A stretch of 64,000 bases of DNA from Synergistota bacterium (lineage in GTDB: Bacteria > Synergistota > GBS-1), in assembly GCA_025060595.1 (NCBI GenBank), contig JANXBX010000001.1:185696-249695 (forward strand), in the 5' to 3' direction. Below the pieces are notes generated by a model. That model made no database searches. It had not been told where the DNA came from and was given only the letters and a program-made list of their open reading frames with translations. Position numbers and translations under genes: made by a program. Positions 28,247 through 37,658 of this stretch are shown here, piece by piece; positions within the stretch are counted from its first letter, which is position 1, and each line of letters begins with the position of its first letter.

Positions 28247-30127
28247 CTATCCAGAAATTTTCATAAAAGCTCCCCCGAGAAACATGGTAAACCAGGGGAT
28301 ATAGGTTACTAAGAGAAGAACAGCTATCATAGCTATATAGAAAGGCCATAAGGCCCCTAAAACCTCCTCTATTTTCGCCTTACCTATGGCGCACCCTAAA
28401 AACAAGGTATTACCGACAGGAGGCGTACAAAGACCGATTGAAAGGTTTATAAGAAGTATTATTCCAAACTGGATCGGGGACCAACCTATTTTAGTTACTA
28501 TTGGAAGCAATATAGGAGTCATTATAAGAATTAAGGGGGCCATATCCATTACCATTCCCAAAAGAAGCAATAACCCATTTATAAGAAGCATTAATAAATA
28601 CTTATTATCTGTAATACTAACTAAGCTCTCAGCAACTACCTTAGGAATATTTAAGTAAGCCATAAGATAACCAAAAGCAGAAGCATTAGCTATTAAGAAA
28701 AGAACCATTGCTGATGTAGCAACAGAAACCTTCGAAATCTTTAGTACATCTATTAATTTCATGCCTCTATAAATGAATATAGCGACAAACAACGCATATG
28801 TAGCAGCTATAACCGAAGCCTCTGTAGCAGTGAAAATTCCAAGTGCTATACCAAAGATTATAACTAAAGCCACAAGAAGCCCTAAAAAGGAATCCCTAAA
28901 GCTTATTAAAGCATCTCTCAGAGAGAATCTCTCGGTTATTATCGGATAGTTTCTCTTGCGAGAGATTATATAAGCAGCTATCATCTGCGCCACACCCACC
29001 ATAATGCCAGGAATATAGCCAGCCATAAAAAGAGCCCCTATGGAAACACCGCCTGCAGCAAGAGAATAAATTATCATATTATGGCTCGGAGGTATTATAA
29101 TTCCCAAGGTGGCAGATGTAACCGTAACCCCTATGGAGAAATCCTTATCATAGCCCTCTTTAACCATAGCAGGTATCAATATAGAACCAATTGAAGAAAC
29201 ATCCGCCGCTGACGACCCAGAAACACCTCCAAAGAACATACTAGCTAGGATATTTACTATAGCTAATCCGCCCCTAATTCTCCCAACCAATATTTTGGAA
29301 AAAGCTATTATCTTTTCCGTAATCCCTCCCTCCGTCATTATCTGACCAGCAAGTATAAAGAAAGGTATGGCAAGAAGCATGACAGAGCTCGCCCCCGATG
29401 AGAACCTTTGAAGTATCACGGTCAAAGGAATATTTAAGTAAATAGCTGTTAGAATAGCAGAAAAACCAAGACCCAAGGATATAGGCATACCAATTACCAT
29501 GGTTAAAAAGAAAGTCGAAAAGAGTATAAGAGCACCTTTTACATTTCTCGCAATGTTTGCAAATAAAGGAAATTCAAAAAGTACCCCTAAACCTAAAAAT
29601 AGCAACAGCAGAAAAAGAGATAAAACAAAAACACGCCAACTTGCGCTAGGCAACTTTATGGCTAAGCTTTCTTTAGGCCTTTCCTCCAAAAGTCCACGTA
29701 AAATACCTAAAGTAGTTAAAACCCCGCATAGGGCTACCGGTATATAAATCCAAGCTATGGAAATCCCCAAAACAGGAAGAATGTTAGGAAGCTTACGTGC
29801 AAGCTCAAAGCCATACTTCATAAGAATGACCCCATAGATTAAATTCAAAATCAAAACCATTCTGCTAAGGAGTTTCTGCTCCCATTCTTTAAAGGCACTA
29901 AGAAAGATCTCTATCCTCATATGCAGTCCCTGTTGAACGCCTAAGCCAGATCTCAAGAAGGCAAGCCAAACCAAAAGAAGGCTACCAAGTTCCTCAGCAA
30001 AGGTTACAGGCGCAGCAAAAAGATAACGTCCAAGAACGTGAATAAAAAATATTACCCATATGGATAGCAAGGTCACTATTTCAAAAAGCTCAACACTTAG
30101 CTCTGTAAGAGAAAGTATCTTCTTCAT
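28247..30127 (-). CDS. TRAP transporter fused permease (DctQ-DctM fusion)
   Basis: 626 aa; N-terminal 4-TM DctQ-like module fused to a DctM core. Confidence 0.85.
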   Translation of the reverse strand: MKKILSLTELSVELFEIVTLLSIWVIFFIHVLGRYLFAAPVTFAEELGSLLLVWLAFLRSGLGVQQGLHMRIEIFLSAFKEWEQKLLSRMVLILNLIYGVILMKYGFELARKLPNILPVLGISIAWIYIPVALCGVLTTLGILRGLLEERPKESLAIKLPSASWRVFVLSLFLLLLFLGLGVLFEFPLFANIARNVKGALILFSTFFLTMVIGMPISLGLGFSAILTAIYLNIPLTVILQRFSSGASSVMLLAIPFFILAGQIMTEGGITEKIIAFSKILVGRIRGGLAIVNILASMFFGGVSGSSAADVSSIGSILIPAMVKEGYDKDFSIGVTVTSATLGIIIPPSHNMIIYSLAAGGVSIGALFMAGYIPGIMVGVAQMIAAYIISRKRNYPIITERFSLRDALISFRDSFLGLLVALVIIFGIALGIFTATEASVIAATYALFVAIFIYRGMKLIDVLKISKVSVATSAMVLFLIANASAFGYLMAYLNIPKVVAESLVSITDNKYLLMLLINGLLLLLGMVMDMAPLILIMTPILLPIVTKIGWSPIQFGIILLINLSIGLCTPPVGNTLFLGCAIGKAKIEEVLGALWPFYIAMIAVLLLVTYIPWFTMFLGGAFMKISG

Positions 30128-30154
30128 TTCGCTTTACCCCCTGAGTCAAGGTCA

Positions 30155-30187
30155 GGGTGAGCTCCCTCTTTAAAAGGGAACTCACCC
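30155..30187 (-). promoter_or_regulatory. Intercistronic 12-bp stem-loop between TRAP SBP gene and fused permease gene
   Basis: GGGTGAGCTCCC-TCTTTAAAA-GGGAACTCACCC with one mismatch; classic SBP-downstream hairpin for differential expression. Confidence 0.5.
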
Positions 30188-30213
30188 TCCAAACCACTTG
30201 AGCTTCCTAAAAA

Positions 30214-31179
30214 CTATTTAACTGCCAATATCTTGTCTATTAACTCCTTATACTTAGAATACTGATCATAGAAGGGCTTTATAGCCTGCTGGAAAGGCCC
30301 CTTATCAGGATTGTATATCTTTGCTCCTCCCTCTTGAACCGCTTTCAAGCTTCTCTCCTCAAACTGTTTCCATAAGATCCTCTGGTAAACTGAAGCAGCC
30401 TGTCCAGCCATCTTAAATATCATTTTCTCCTCAGGAGATAACTTCTCCCATACGCTCTTAGACATTATGACTAACTCCGGAATTCTCGTATGCTCATCCA
30501 AACTATAGTGCTTAGCCACCTCAAAGTGCTTCATAGCATAATAGCTTGGAGGATTATTCTCAGCACCATCTACGACTCCAGTCTGAAGAGCACTGTAAAC
30601 TTCACCAAAGGGAAGATGCACTGGTGCTCCTCCAAGGAACTTAACCATGTTAGTCAGGACAGGAGATTCAGGAACCCTTATTTTCAACCCCTTTACATCC
30701 TCAGGTTTCATTATAGGCGCTTTAATGGTATAAAAACTCCTTGCTCCTGCCTCAAACCAAGCTAAAGCTACAAGATTCAAATTCTTTGACATACTATCAA
30801 TAAGCTCTTGACCAGGGGCACCAAGAACAGCTTGCCACTGATGATCATAATTTCTAAAAAGGTAAGGTAATGATAAAATTCCCATGGGCTCATAAAAGCC
30901 AGATAAGGTCAATGTTGAACATCTGACCATCTCTATAGCTCCAAGAAGGGCTTGCTCTATAGTTTCTTTCTCTGAACCCAATTGAGCACCTGGATAAACT
31001 TGAATCTTATACTTCCCCTTAGTCGCTTCCTCAACAACCTTACCTAGGAACTTAACCGCTTCAACTGTCGGATATCCATCAGGCTGATTATCAGCAGATT
31101 TGAAAACAACCGGCGCCTGCGCCCACGATACCGAGACCAGCAAAACCACAACTAGCATAGCTAAACACCACTTCCTCAT
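30214..31179 (-). CDS. dctP: TRAP transporter substrate-binding protein, DctP family (likely hexuronate/sugar-acid binding)
   Basis: Signal peptide plus DctP-family motifs; sits in the hexuronate cluster. Confidence 0.85.
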   Translation of the reverse strand: MRKWCLAMLVVVLLVSVSWAQAPVVFKSADNQPDGYPTVEAVKFLGKVVEEATKGKYKIQVYPGAQLGSEKETIEQALLGAIEMVRCSTLTLSGFYEPMGILSLPYLFRNYDHQWQAVLGAPGQELIDSMSKNLNLVALAWFEAGARSFYTIKAPIMKPEDVKGLKIRVPESPVLTNMVKFLGGAPVHLPFGEVYSALQTGVVDGAENNPPSYYAMKHFEVAKHYSLDEHTRIPELVIMSKSVWEKLSPEEKMIFKMAGQAASVYQRILWKQFEERSLKAVQEGGAKIYNPDKGPFQQAIKPFYDQYSKYKELIDKILAVK

Positions 31180-31230
31180 ACTTATCCCCCCTCCTTCTGT
31201 ATACTAGTATTCATATACAGATTATCTTAT

Positions 31231-31242
31231 AAAGAGCTCTTT
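31231..31242. promoter_or_regulatory. Perfect palindrome AAAGAGCTCTTT in the iclR-dctP intergenic promoter region; candidate operator
   Basis: Read directly. A second hexamer-related palindrome, CTCTTTAAAAGAG, lies at 31318-31330. Confidence 0.35.
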
Positions 31243-31317
31243 AATCAATCTTAAAAAATCAATAATATGCTGCACGAGGTTTTGAATTCTTCCATTTTTT
31301 TTCAAATATCTTTAAAT

Positions 31318-31330
31318 CTCTTTAAAAGAG
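31318..31330. promoter_or_regulatory. Palindrome CTCTTTAAAAGAG abutting the iclR stop codon; candidate operator half-site pair
   Basis: Read directly; built from the same AAAGAG/CTCTTT hexamer as the 31231 palindrome. Confidence 0.3.
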
Positions 31331-32071
31331 TCAATAACCAAGTTTTTTTGAGATTTCTTCCGCTGCTTTTTTCAAGGCTGAAGCACAAATCTCTATGACT
31401 TCACCGGTTAGCTTCTGAGAAGCTCCCGATATGCTCATACCAGCTATTGGATAACCATTATGATCAAAAATTGGTACCCCCACACACTTTATACCTATTT
31501 CATTCTCTTCATTATCAATAGAAAAACCTCTTTCTCTAATCCTCTTAAGCTCTTCCTTAAGCCTAAGAGGATCAGTAATAGTGTTGGGAGTTTTACGCTC
31601 CAGGTTAACTTTTGAAAGATACTCTTCAAGTTCTTTTTCGGGTAAATAAGCCAAAATCGCCTTACCAGAAGCTGAGGAGTAAAGCTGGATTTTCATCCCC
31701 ACCCTAGAAACCATAGGAATACTATTCACACCTTCAACCTTATCAATGTAAACCCCGTCAAAACCATCTTTAAGAACGAGATGAACAGTTTGAGCCGTTT
31801 TTGACATCACATCTACAAGGTAAGGATGAGCTATTTCCCTTAAGTCTATCTTTCTTAAGACCATCGAACCATATTCAGCTAACTTATATCCTGGAACATA
31901 TCTCTTATCCCTTTTTCTCGTTACAAAACCATATTCCTCAAAAACCTTCAAATACTTATATGCATTAGAAACGCTCATCTTGAATTTCCTGGCTACATCA
32001 CTTACACTAACATCACCAGGAGATGAAATCAAATAATCTAAAATCTCAATAGCCCTTCTTAGAGTGTTCAC
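31331..32071 (-). CDS. IclR-family transcriptional regulator (KdgR-like)
   Basis: N-terminal wHTH (ILDYLISSPGDVSVSDVARKFKMSVSNAYKYLKVFEEYGFV) and C-terminal effector domain; located inside the hexuronate cluster. Confidence 0.85.
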   Translation of the reverse strand: MNTLRRAIEILDYLISSPGDVSVSDVARKFKMSVSNAYKYLKVFEEYGFVTRKRDKRYVPGYKLAEYGSMVLRKIDLREIAHPYLVDVMSKTAQTVHLVLKDGFDGVYIDKVEGVNSIPMVSRVGMKIQLYSSASGKAILAYLPEKELEEYLSKVNLERKTPNTITDPLRLKEELKRIRERGFSIDNEENEIGIKCVGVPIFDHNGYPIAGMSISGASQKLTGEVIEICASALKKAAEEISKKLGY

Positions 32072-32163
32072 CTCTCTTCCCCTCCTTACCCATTTTAAAC
32101 ATTTATGATATTATAATACCATTAGGAAAATAACTTTCACAATCTTAAATAGGGGGTGGAAAA

Positions 32164-33528
32164 ATGTTTTTAGGAGAAAAATACCTCCTTACGAACGAAA
32201 CTGCCAAAAAAATTTACGAAAACATTCAAAATCTCCCAATTTTAGATCCTCACAACCACCTTGAGGCAAAAGAGATACTTGAAAACAAAAATTGGAACGA
32301 CATATGGGAAGCAGAAGGAGCAACAGATCATTATGTATGGAGCTTAATGAGAAGATGCGGAATAAAAGAGGAATACATAACTGGGAAAAGGACAAATAAG
32401 GAAAAATGGCTTGCCTTGGCTAAGGTCTTTCCAAACTTTGCAGGGAACCCAACTTATGAATGGATTCACCTTGACCTATGGAGGACCCTAAGAATAGAAA
32501 AGATCGTCTCTGAGGAAACAGCAGAGGAAATATGGGAAGAAAGCAAAAAAATCCTGGAAAGCGAAAATTTCAAACCTCAAGAAATTTTAAAGAATATAAA
32601 GGCTGAAATCTTGTGTACCACAGATGATCCATCTTCAGACTTAAGCTACCACTATAAGGCATCCCAAGAGATAAAGGAATTCAAAATACTTCCTACATGG
32701 AGACCTGACAATGCAATAAACATAGAAAAGGAGGAGTGGAAGAGCTATGTAGTAACTCTTGGAGAAATTTACAATGAGGATATTTCTAATCTAGATGGCT
32801 TCCTAAGGACCTTGTGGAAATCACATGAGAAGTTTAAAAAACACGGATGTGTAGGAAGCGACCATGCTATTCTTTACCCATACATAAAATTCGTTGAAAA
32901 AAAGAGTGCAGAAAAAATATATAGCAGAGCAATTTCAGGACAAAAACTTGAAGAAAATGAGATAAAAGACTTTAAATCCTTTATGATGATAGAGTTCGGC
33001 AAAATGAACCAAGAAACAGATTGGGTTACACAGCTTCACATTGGTGCCTTAAGAGACTATAGGGATAGCCTTTTTAAAACTTTAGGACCAAATTCGGGAG
33101 GGGACATCTCTACAAACTTCATAGAAATAGCCGAAGGATTAAGGTTCTTTTTAAATGAATTTGATAGCAAGTTAAAGATAGTCCTATATGTATTAGATCC
33201 CACCCATCTCCCCACAATAGCAACTATAGCAAGAGCCTTTCCTAACATATTCCTAGGAGCTCCATGGTGGTTTAATGATAGCCCATACGGTATGGAAACA
33301 TATCTTAAGTATACAGCAACTGTTGACATTCTCTATAACCTTGCAGGAATGGTCACCGACTCTAGAAAGCTCTTATCCTTTGGTTCCAGAATAGAAGTTT
33401 TCAGAAGGGTATTATCAAACGTTCTTGGAGAAATGGTAGAAAAAGGGCAAATACCTTATAAAGAGGCTTTAAGGCTTGCTGAACGCATATCCTACAGCGG
33501 ACCTAAAGAGATCTTCTTCAAACTTTGA
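32164..33528 (+). CDS. uxaC: Glucuronate isomerase
   Basis: 454 aa; N-terminus ...ILDPHNHL typical of UxaC. Confidence 0.9.
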   Translation: MFLGEKYLLTNETAKKIYENIQNLPILDPHNHLEAKEILENKNWNDIWEAEGATDHYVWSLMRRCGIKEEYITGKRTNKEKWLALAKVFPNFAGNPTYEWIHLDLWRTLRIEKIVSEETAEEIWEESKKILESENFKPQEILKNIKAEILCTTDDPSSDLSYHYKASQEIKEFKILPTWRPDNAINIEKEEWKSYVVTLGEIYNEDISNLDGFLRTLWKSHEKFKKHGCVGSDHAILYPYIKFVEKKSAEKIYSRAISGQKLEENEIKDFKSFMMIEFGKMNQETDWVTQLHIGALRDYRDSLFKTLGPNSGGDISTNFIEIAEGLRFFLNEFDSKLKIVLYVLDPTHLPTIATIARAFPNIFLGAPWWFNDSPYGMETYLKYTATVDILYNLAGMVTDSRKLLSFGSRIEVFRRVLSNVLGEMVEKGQIPYKEALRLAERISYSGPKEIFFKL

Positions 33529-33541
33529 TATAATATGATAC

Positions 33542-34159
33542 ATGAGCTTTGAGCTTCTCTTAAGAAATATACCCTTAGAAATAAAGATAGAAGAGGTCAG
33601 AAGATACCTAGGAGAATATAAGGGGATAACAGAGATACCTAAGGAAATAAACTCTTTAATAGAAAGGTTAACTTTGTTTTCCAGAACCCTGATTACACCA
33701 TCAGCAACCTCGAAAAGCTTCAATATACTATCCTTTTCAGATAATATTATTGAAACTGAGGTAGTGAAACTTCCTGGTAGAGACATAGCTAAACTGCTTA
33801 GAAACTCTAAACAAGTTATATTCTGCGCAACTACTATAGGAAACACACTAGAAGAGGAGATAAATAGGCTCATAGATGAGAAAAGAATCCTTGAAGCAAC
33901 AATATTAGACGCTATAGGATCGACAGCTGCAGATACTGCAATGGACTATTTAAATAATTTGCTTAAAGCTGAGGCGATCCGTAAAGGCCTAAGCTTAACA
34001 AGAAGATATAGCCCAGGATATGGAGATTTTCCTCTTTCAATCCAGGAAAGCCTAGTTAAGTTTTCTGGGGGAGACTCTATAGGAATAAGAGTCTCCCCCT
34101 CATATATGCTTATACCAAGAAAATCAGTCACAGCTATAATAGGGGTGATGAAAAATTGA
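33542..34159 (+). CDS. Methionine synthase reactivation (AdoMet-binding) domain protein, stand-alone
   Basis: 205 aa with an RRYSPGYGDFP motif resembling the MetH activation-domain RPxPGYPACP signature. Immediately precedes and overlaps a MetH that lacks this domain, as in the Thermotoga TM0268/TM0269 arrangement. Confidence 0.65.
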   Translation: MSFELLLRNIPLEIKIEEVRRYLGEYKGITEIPKEINSLIERLTLFSRTLITPSATSKSFNILSFSDNIIETEVVKLPGRDIAKLLRNSKQVIFCATTIGNTLEEEINRLIDEKRILEATILDAIGSTAADTAMDYLNNLLKAEAIRKGLSLTRRYSPGYGDFPLSIQESLVKFSGGDSIGIRVSPSYMLIPRKSVTAIIGVMKN

Positions 34160-36495
34160 AGCTTGACTTTGAAAAGATAATGATACTAGATGGAGCAATG
34201 GGCACAGAGCTATACAAGAGAGGACTTCCCTCCACAGCCATACCTGAGGAGCTCAACCTCTCAAACCCAGAAATAGTAAAAGAGGTTCACAAGGCCTACG
34301 TAGAAGCAGGAGCTGACATAATAACTACAAACTCCTTTGGAGGAAACAGAATAAAGCTCCAAAGCAAAGGGCTTTCTCACAAACTCTACGAGATAAATAA
34401 AAAGGCTGCTGAGATAGCTAAAGAGGCCTCAGCAGGGAAATCTTTAGTAGCAGGTTCCTTAGGTCCTTTAGGTAGAATGATTGAACCCTTGGGGGATCTA
34501 TCCTTTGAGGAAGCAGTAAGCATCTTTAAGGAACAAGGATTAGCGCTTGCCGATGGAGGGGTTGACCTTTTTCTTATTGAAACAGCCATAGACATAATGG
34601 AGGTAAAAGCAGCAATACTAGGGTTAAGGGAACTTCCCATTAAGAAGCCTATAATATGCTCTTTAACCTTTACAGAGGGAACCCTTACAGTAACTGGAAC
34701 ATCGCCTTCCGTAGGAGCGGTAAGCTTAACCTCCTGGAGGGTTAACGGATTAGGAGCAAACTGTGGAACTAATCCCTTTATATTTCCAGAGATAATAAAA
34801 GAAATGGCAAGCTATACGGAAATCCCAATAATAGCATATCCCAATGCTGGTCCTCCTGAAAAGTGGGATGAGGTTCCTCCAGAAAAGTTCTTGGAACTTG
34901 GACTCGAAATTTATAATTCTGGAGCCAACATCATAGGAGGTTGTTGCGGAACCACACCCTTCCACATAAGTTTGCTTGCAAAGGAAATTAAAGGTAAAAG
35001 AGTAGTAAAAAGATCCTTAAGAAAAGGGATTTTCCTTACAAGTAGATCCAAAATAGTTGTTTGTGATGACAGTAAAACTATAGTGATAGGGGAAAGAATA
35101 AATCCCTCTGGAAGAAAAGCTCTTGCAGAAGAGCTAAAACAAGGTAAGTTTGAAACTTTAAAAAGAGACGCTATAGAACAAGAGCTTGCAGGAGCTGACC
35201 TTATAGATTTAAATGTAGGCGTTCCTGAAACAGATAGAAAGGCTTTGATGAGAAAAGCAACCATTGAGCTTCTTAAGATAATAAGCTCGCCTCTATCCTT
35301 TGATAGCGATGATCCGGAAGTCATAGAAGCTGGTTTAAAGATATATCCAGGAAAGCCTATTTTAAACTCAACAACAGCGAAAAAAGAGGCATTAGAGAAA
35401 ACACTACCTTTGGCCCAAAAGTATGGAGCCGTAATAATAGGACTTACCATAACTGAAAAGGGCATACCTGAAAGCGTAGAAGAGAGAGTTAAAGCAGCCT
35501 ACAAAATAATCGAAGCAGCCCAGTTTTATGGAATTCCCCCACAAGAGGTTATTATCGACCCATTAACTTTACCAGCTGGAGCTCAGGATCCAACTATAAC
35601 CTTAGAAACCATAAGAAGGCTTAACAAAGATGGAATTAAAACTATCTTAGGAATATCAAACGTCTCTCATGGCTTACCAGGGAGAGAAATCCTAAACTCA
35701 GCATTCCTAGCTATGGCCATTTCGGCTGGACTATCTTTCGCTATAATAAATCCCCTTAAAAAAGAGCTTATGGAAACTGTACTCGCTTCAGACGCATTAA
35801 CCGGCAAAGATAAAAAGGGAGAGAGATTTATAAGACTGATAGGTCCTAAAAGAGAAGAAAAAGAGTTAAGGGTTTCCGACCTAACCTTAAAGGAACTAAT
35901 AATAAGGGGTGAATCTGAAAGTGCTTCTAAAGAAGCGGAAAGGCTTATAAAATCTGGAGAGGAGCCTTTTTCAATAATAGAAAAATACGTCATACCAGGT
36001 CTCGAAGATGTTGGAGAAAAGTATGAAAAAAAGATCTACTTTTTACCACAACTTATAGCCTCTGCAGAAGCTGCAAGTTCGGTATTCGAGACAGTTAAGG
36101 CATTTTCTCTAAGGACTAACTCTCGAAAAGGAAGGATAGTTATGGCAACCGTTGAAGGAGACCTTCACGACCTCGGGAAAAAGATAGTAGGACTTGTTCT
36201 TGAAAGCTTCGGATACGAGATAATAGATCTCGGAAAGGATGTTCCAGCAACAGAGGTTTTAAGGAAGTCACAAGAATTAAAACCCGACGTCGTTGGATTA
36301 AGCTGTCTAATGACAACAACGCTTGATAATATGAAAAAAACTGTAAGGCTAATTAAAGAAAACCTACCAGAGATAAAGATCATGGTAGGAGGAGCGGCGG
36401 TAAATGAAGGCTTTGCAAAAGCCTGTGGTGCCGATGGATATGGTAAAGATCCTTTTCAAGCTGTTGAGCTAGTCAGAAGGTGGATTAAAAGATGA
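34156..36495 (+). CDS. metH: Cobalamin-dependent methionine synthase core (Hcy-binding, pterin-binding, B12-cap and B12-binding domains; no activation domain)
   Basis: ILDGAMGTELY Hcy-domain N-terminus; pterin-binding GERINPSG; DLHDLGKKIVG (DxHxxG) cobalamin motif; 779 aa. Confidence 0.9.
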   Translation: MKLDFEKIMILDGAMGTELYKRGLPSTAIPEELNLSNPEIVKEVHKAYVEAGADIITTNSFGGNRIKLQSKGLSHKLYEINKKAAEIAKEASAGKSLVAGSLGPLGRMIEPLGDLSFEEAVSIFKEQGLALADGGVDLFLIETAIDIMEVKAAILGLRELPIKKPIICSLTFTEGTLTVTGTSPSVGAVSLTSWRVNGLGANCGTNPFIFPEIIKEMASYTEIPIIAYPNAGPPEKWDEVPPEKFLELGLEIYNSGANIIGGCCGTTPFHISLLAKEIKGKRVVKRSLRKGIFLTSRSKIVVCDDSKTIVIGERINPSGRKALAEELKQGKFETLKRDAIEQELAGADLIDLNVGVPETDRKALMRKATIELLKIISSPLSFDSDDPEVIEAGLKIYPGKPILNSTTAKKEALEKTLPLAQKYGAVIIGLTITEKGIPESVEERVKAAYKIIEAAQFYGIPPQEVIIDPLTLPAGAQDPTITLETIRRLNKDGIKTILGISNVSHGLPGREILNSAFLAMAISAGLSFAIINPLKKELMETVLASDALTGKDKKGERFIRLIGPKREEKELRVSDLTLKELIIRGESESASKEAERLIKSGEEPFSIIEKYVIPGLEDVGEKYEKKIYFLPQLIASAEAASSVFETVKAFSLRTNSRKGRIVMATVEGDLHDLGKKIVGLVLESFGYEIIDLGKDVPATEVLRKSQELKPDVVGLSCLMTTTLDNMKKTVRLIKENLPEIKIMVGGAAVNEGFAKACGADGYGKDPFQAVELVRRWIKR

Positions 36496-37658
36496 CAGTT
36501 GAAGAAGAGTTTACTATATATGAGGGCACCCCTTATCACGTTGGTTTTCCAGATGTGGAAAAAGCTCCCAATGGAGACATAATAGTTGTATTTAGATTGG
36601 GAAGTGCACACGTTTGGGGAAGAGACGGAAAGATATACTTATCAAGAAGCAAGGACAAGGGCAAAACCTGGGAAACAAAAGAAGCTCTCCATATACCAGG
36701 AAGATTTATCAAATATGAAGGAGAATACAGGCTTCTTTCCGATGATAGGGATCCCTCTATTAAAGCCCTCTCAAATGGGAAAATGATATTAAGCTGGTTT
36801 CACTGGGGAGAAGGAGACAGAGATAATCCAACCAGCTCGATTTATATATCTATAAGCAATGATAATGGAGAAACATGGGAAGATCCACGCTTAGTCTTTT
36901 TTAACGGAGCAACATCAGACAAGATACTGGAAGCAGAAAAGGGTCTTCTTTTTCTTCCAGCTTATGGAACATTAAGTGAAAGTTACTCATCAGCATTTCT
37001 TATAATAAGCGAAAACTATGGGGAAACTTGGGAGGAAAAACCGATAGTTATAGTTAATGGAAACAAATTTAGAATAAACTTCTACGAACCAGCAATAGCT
37101 AAGGTAAATGAAAAAGAGCTTATTTGTGTCTTAAGAACAGACATAGGACCCTTATACTTGTCTCGATCCAAAGATAACGGAGAGACATGGAGCGAACCTG
37201 AGCCATTACCTTTCTACGGGCATGCACCTCATTTACTTAAGCTAATTAACGGAGACTTAATCTTGAGTTTCAGAGATGTGGAACTATATTTCACAGAAAA
37301 ATGGTTCTGGGAAAAGCTCCTTTACAACTTAGGACTAAGAGAAGAAAATCCCTCCTCTCCATTTCCTAAGGGTGAGCTTCTTCCTGAAACTACAGTAATA
37401 GTCAAAGCTTCTCCCCCAGAATACAACTTTAAAAATAGCGAAAAGAAAATAATATATAAACCAAAGGGATATATAATGGAAAATGGGGATATCCTCTTTG
37501 GAGATTCGGGATATCCTTCAGCGATTGAGCTTGAGGATAATAAGATTCTCTTTGTTTTATACGAAGCCCCTTACGGATATAGAGGGAAATACAGCCCTTG
37601 GAGCAGAATAATAGGAATAAAGATAGAAATAGGAGAACCCGGGAGAGGTGATAAATAA
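36492..37658 (+). CDS. BNR/Asp-box repeat protein (sialidase-like beta-propeller), cytoplasmic
   Basis: Four Asp-boxes ([32 protein letters not shown]); no signal peptide; ATGA overlap with the metH stop. Confidence 0.7.
   Translation: MTVEEEFTIYEGTPYHVGFPDVEKAPNGDIIVVFRLGSAHVWGRDGKIYLSRSKDKGKTWETKEALHIPGRFIKYEGEYRLLSDDRDPSIKALSNGKMILSWFHWGEGDRDNPTSSIYISISNDNGETWEDPRLVFFNGATSDKILEAEKGLLFLPAYGTLSESYSSAFLIISENYGETWEEKPIVIVNGNKFRINFYEPAIAKVNEKELICVLRTDIGPLYLSRSKDNGETWSEPEPLPFYGHAPHLLKLINGDLILSFRDVELYFTEKWFWEKLLYNLGLREENPSSPFPKGELLPETTVIVKASPPEYNFKNSEKKIIYKPKGYIMENGDILFGDSGYPSAIELEDNKILFVLYEAPYGYRGKYSPWSRIIGIKIEIGEPGRGDK

Noticed and set aside
33529-33541. Possible SAM or B12 riboswitch ahead of the methionine synthase genes
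   Set aside because: Only 13 nt separate uxaC from the activation-domain gene, and 92 nt lie upstream of uxaC, which is too short for either riboswitch class.
34386-35993. Several 70-184-aa minus-strand ORFs inside metH
   Set aside because: They are antisense to a highly conserved metH coding frame, with low-complexity S/L/P-rich translations typical of antisense reading of AT-rich lysine/glutamate-rich genes.
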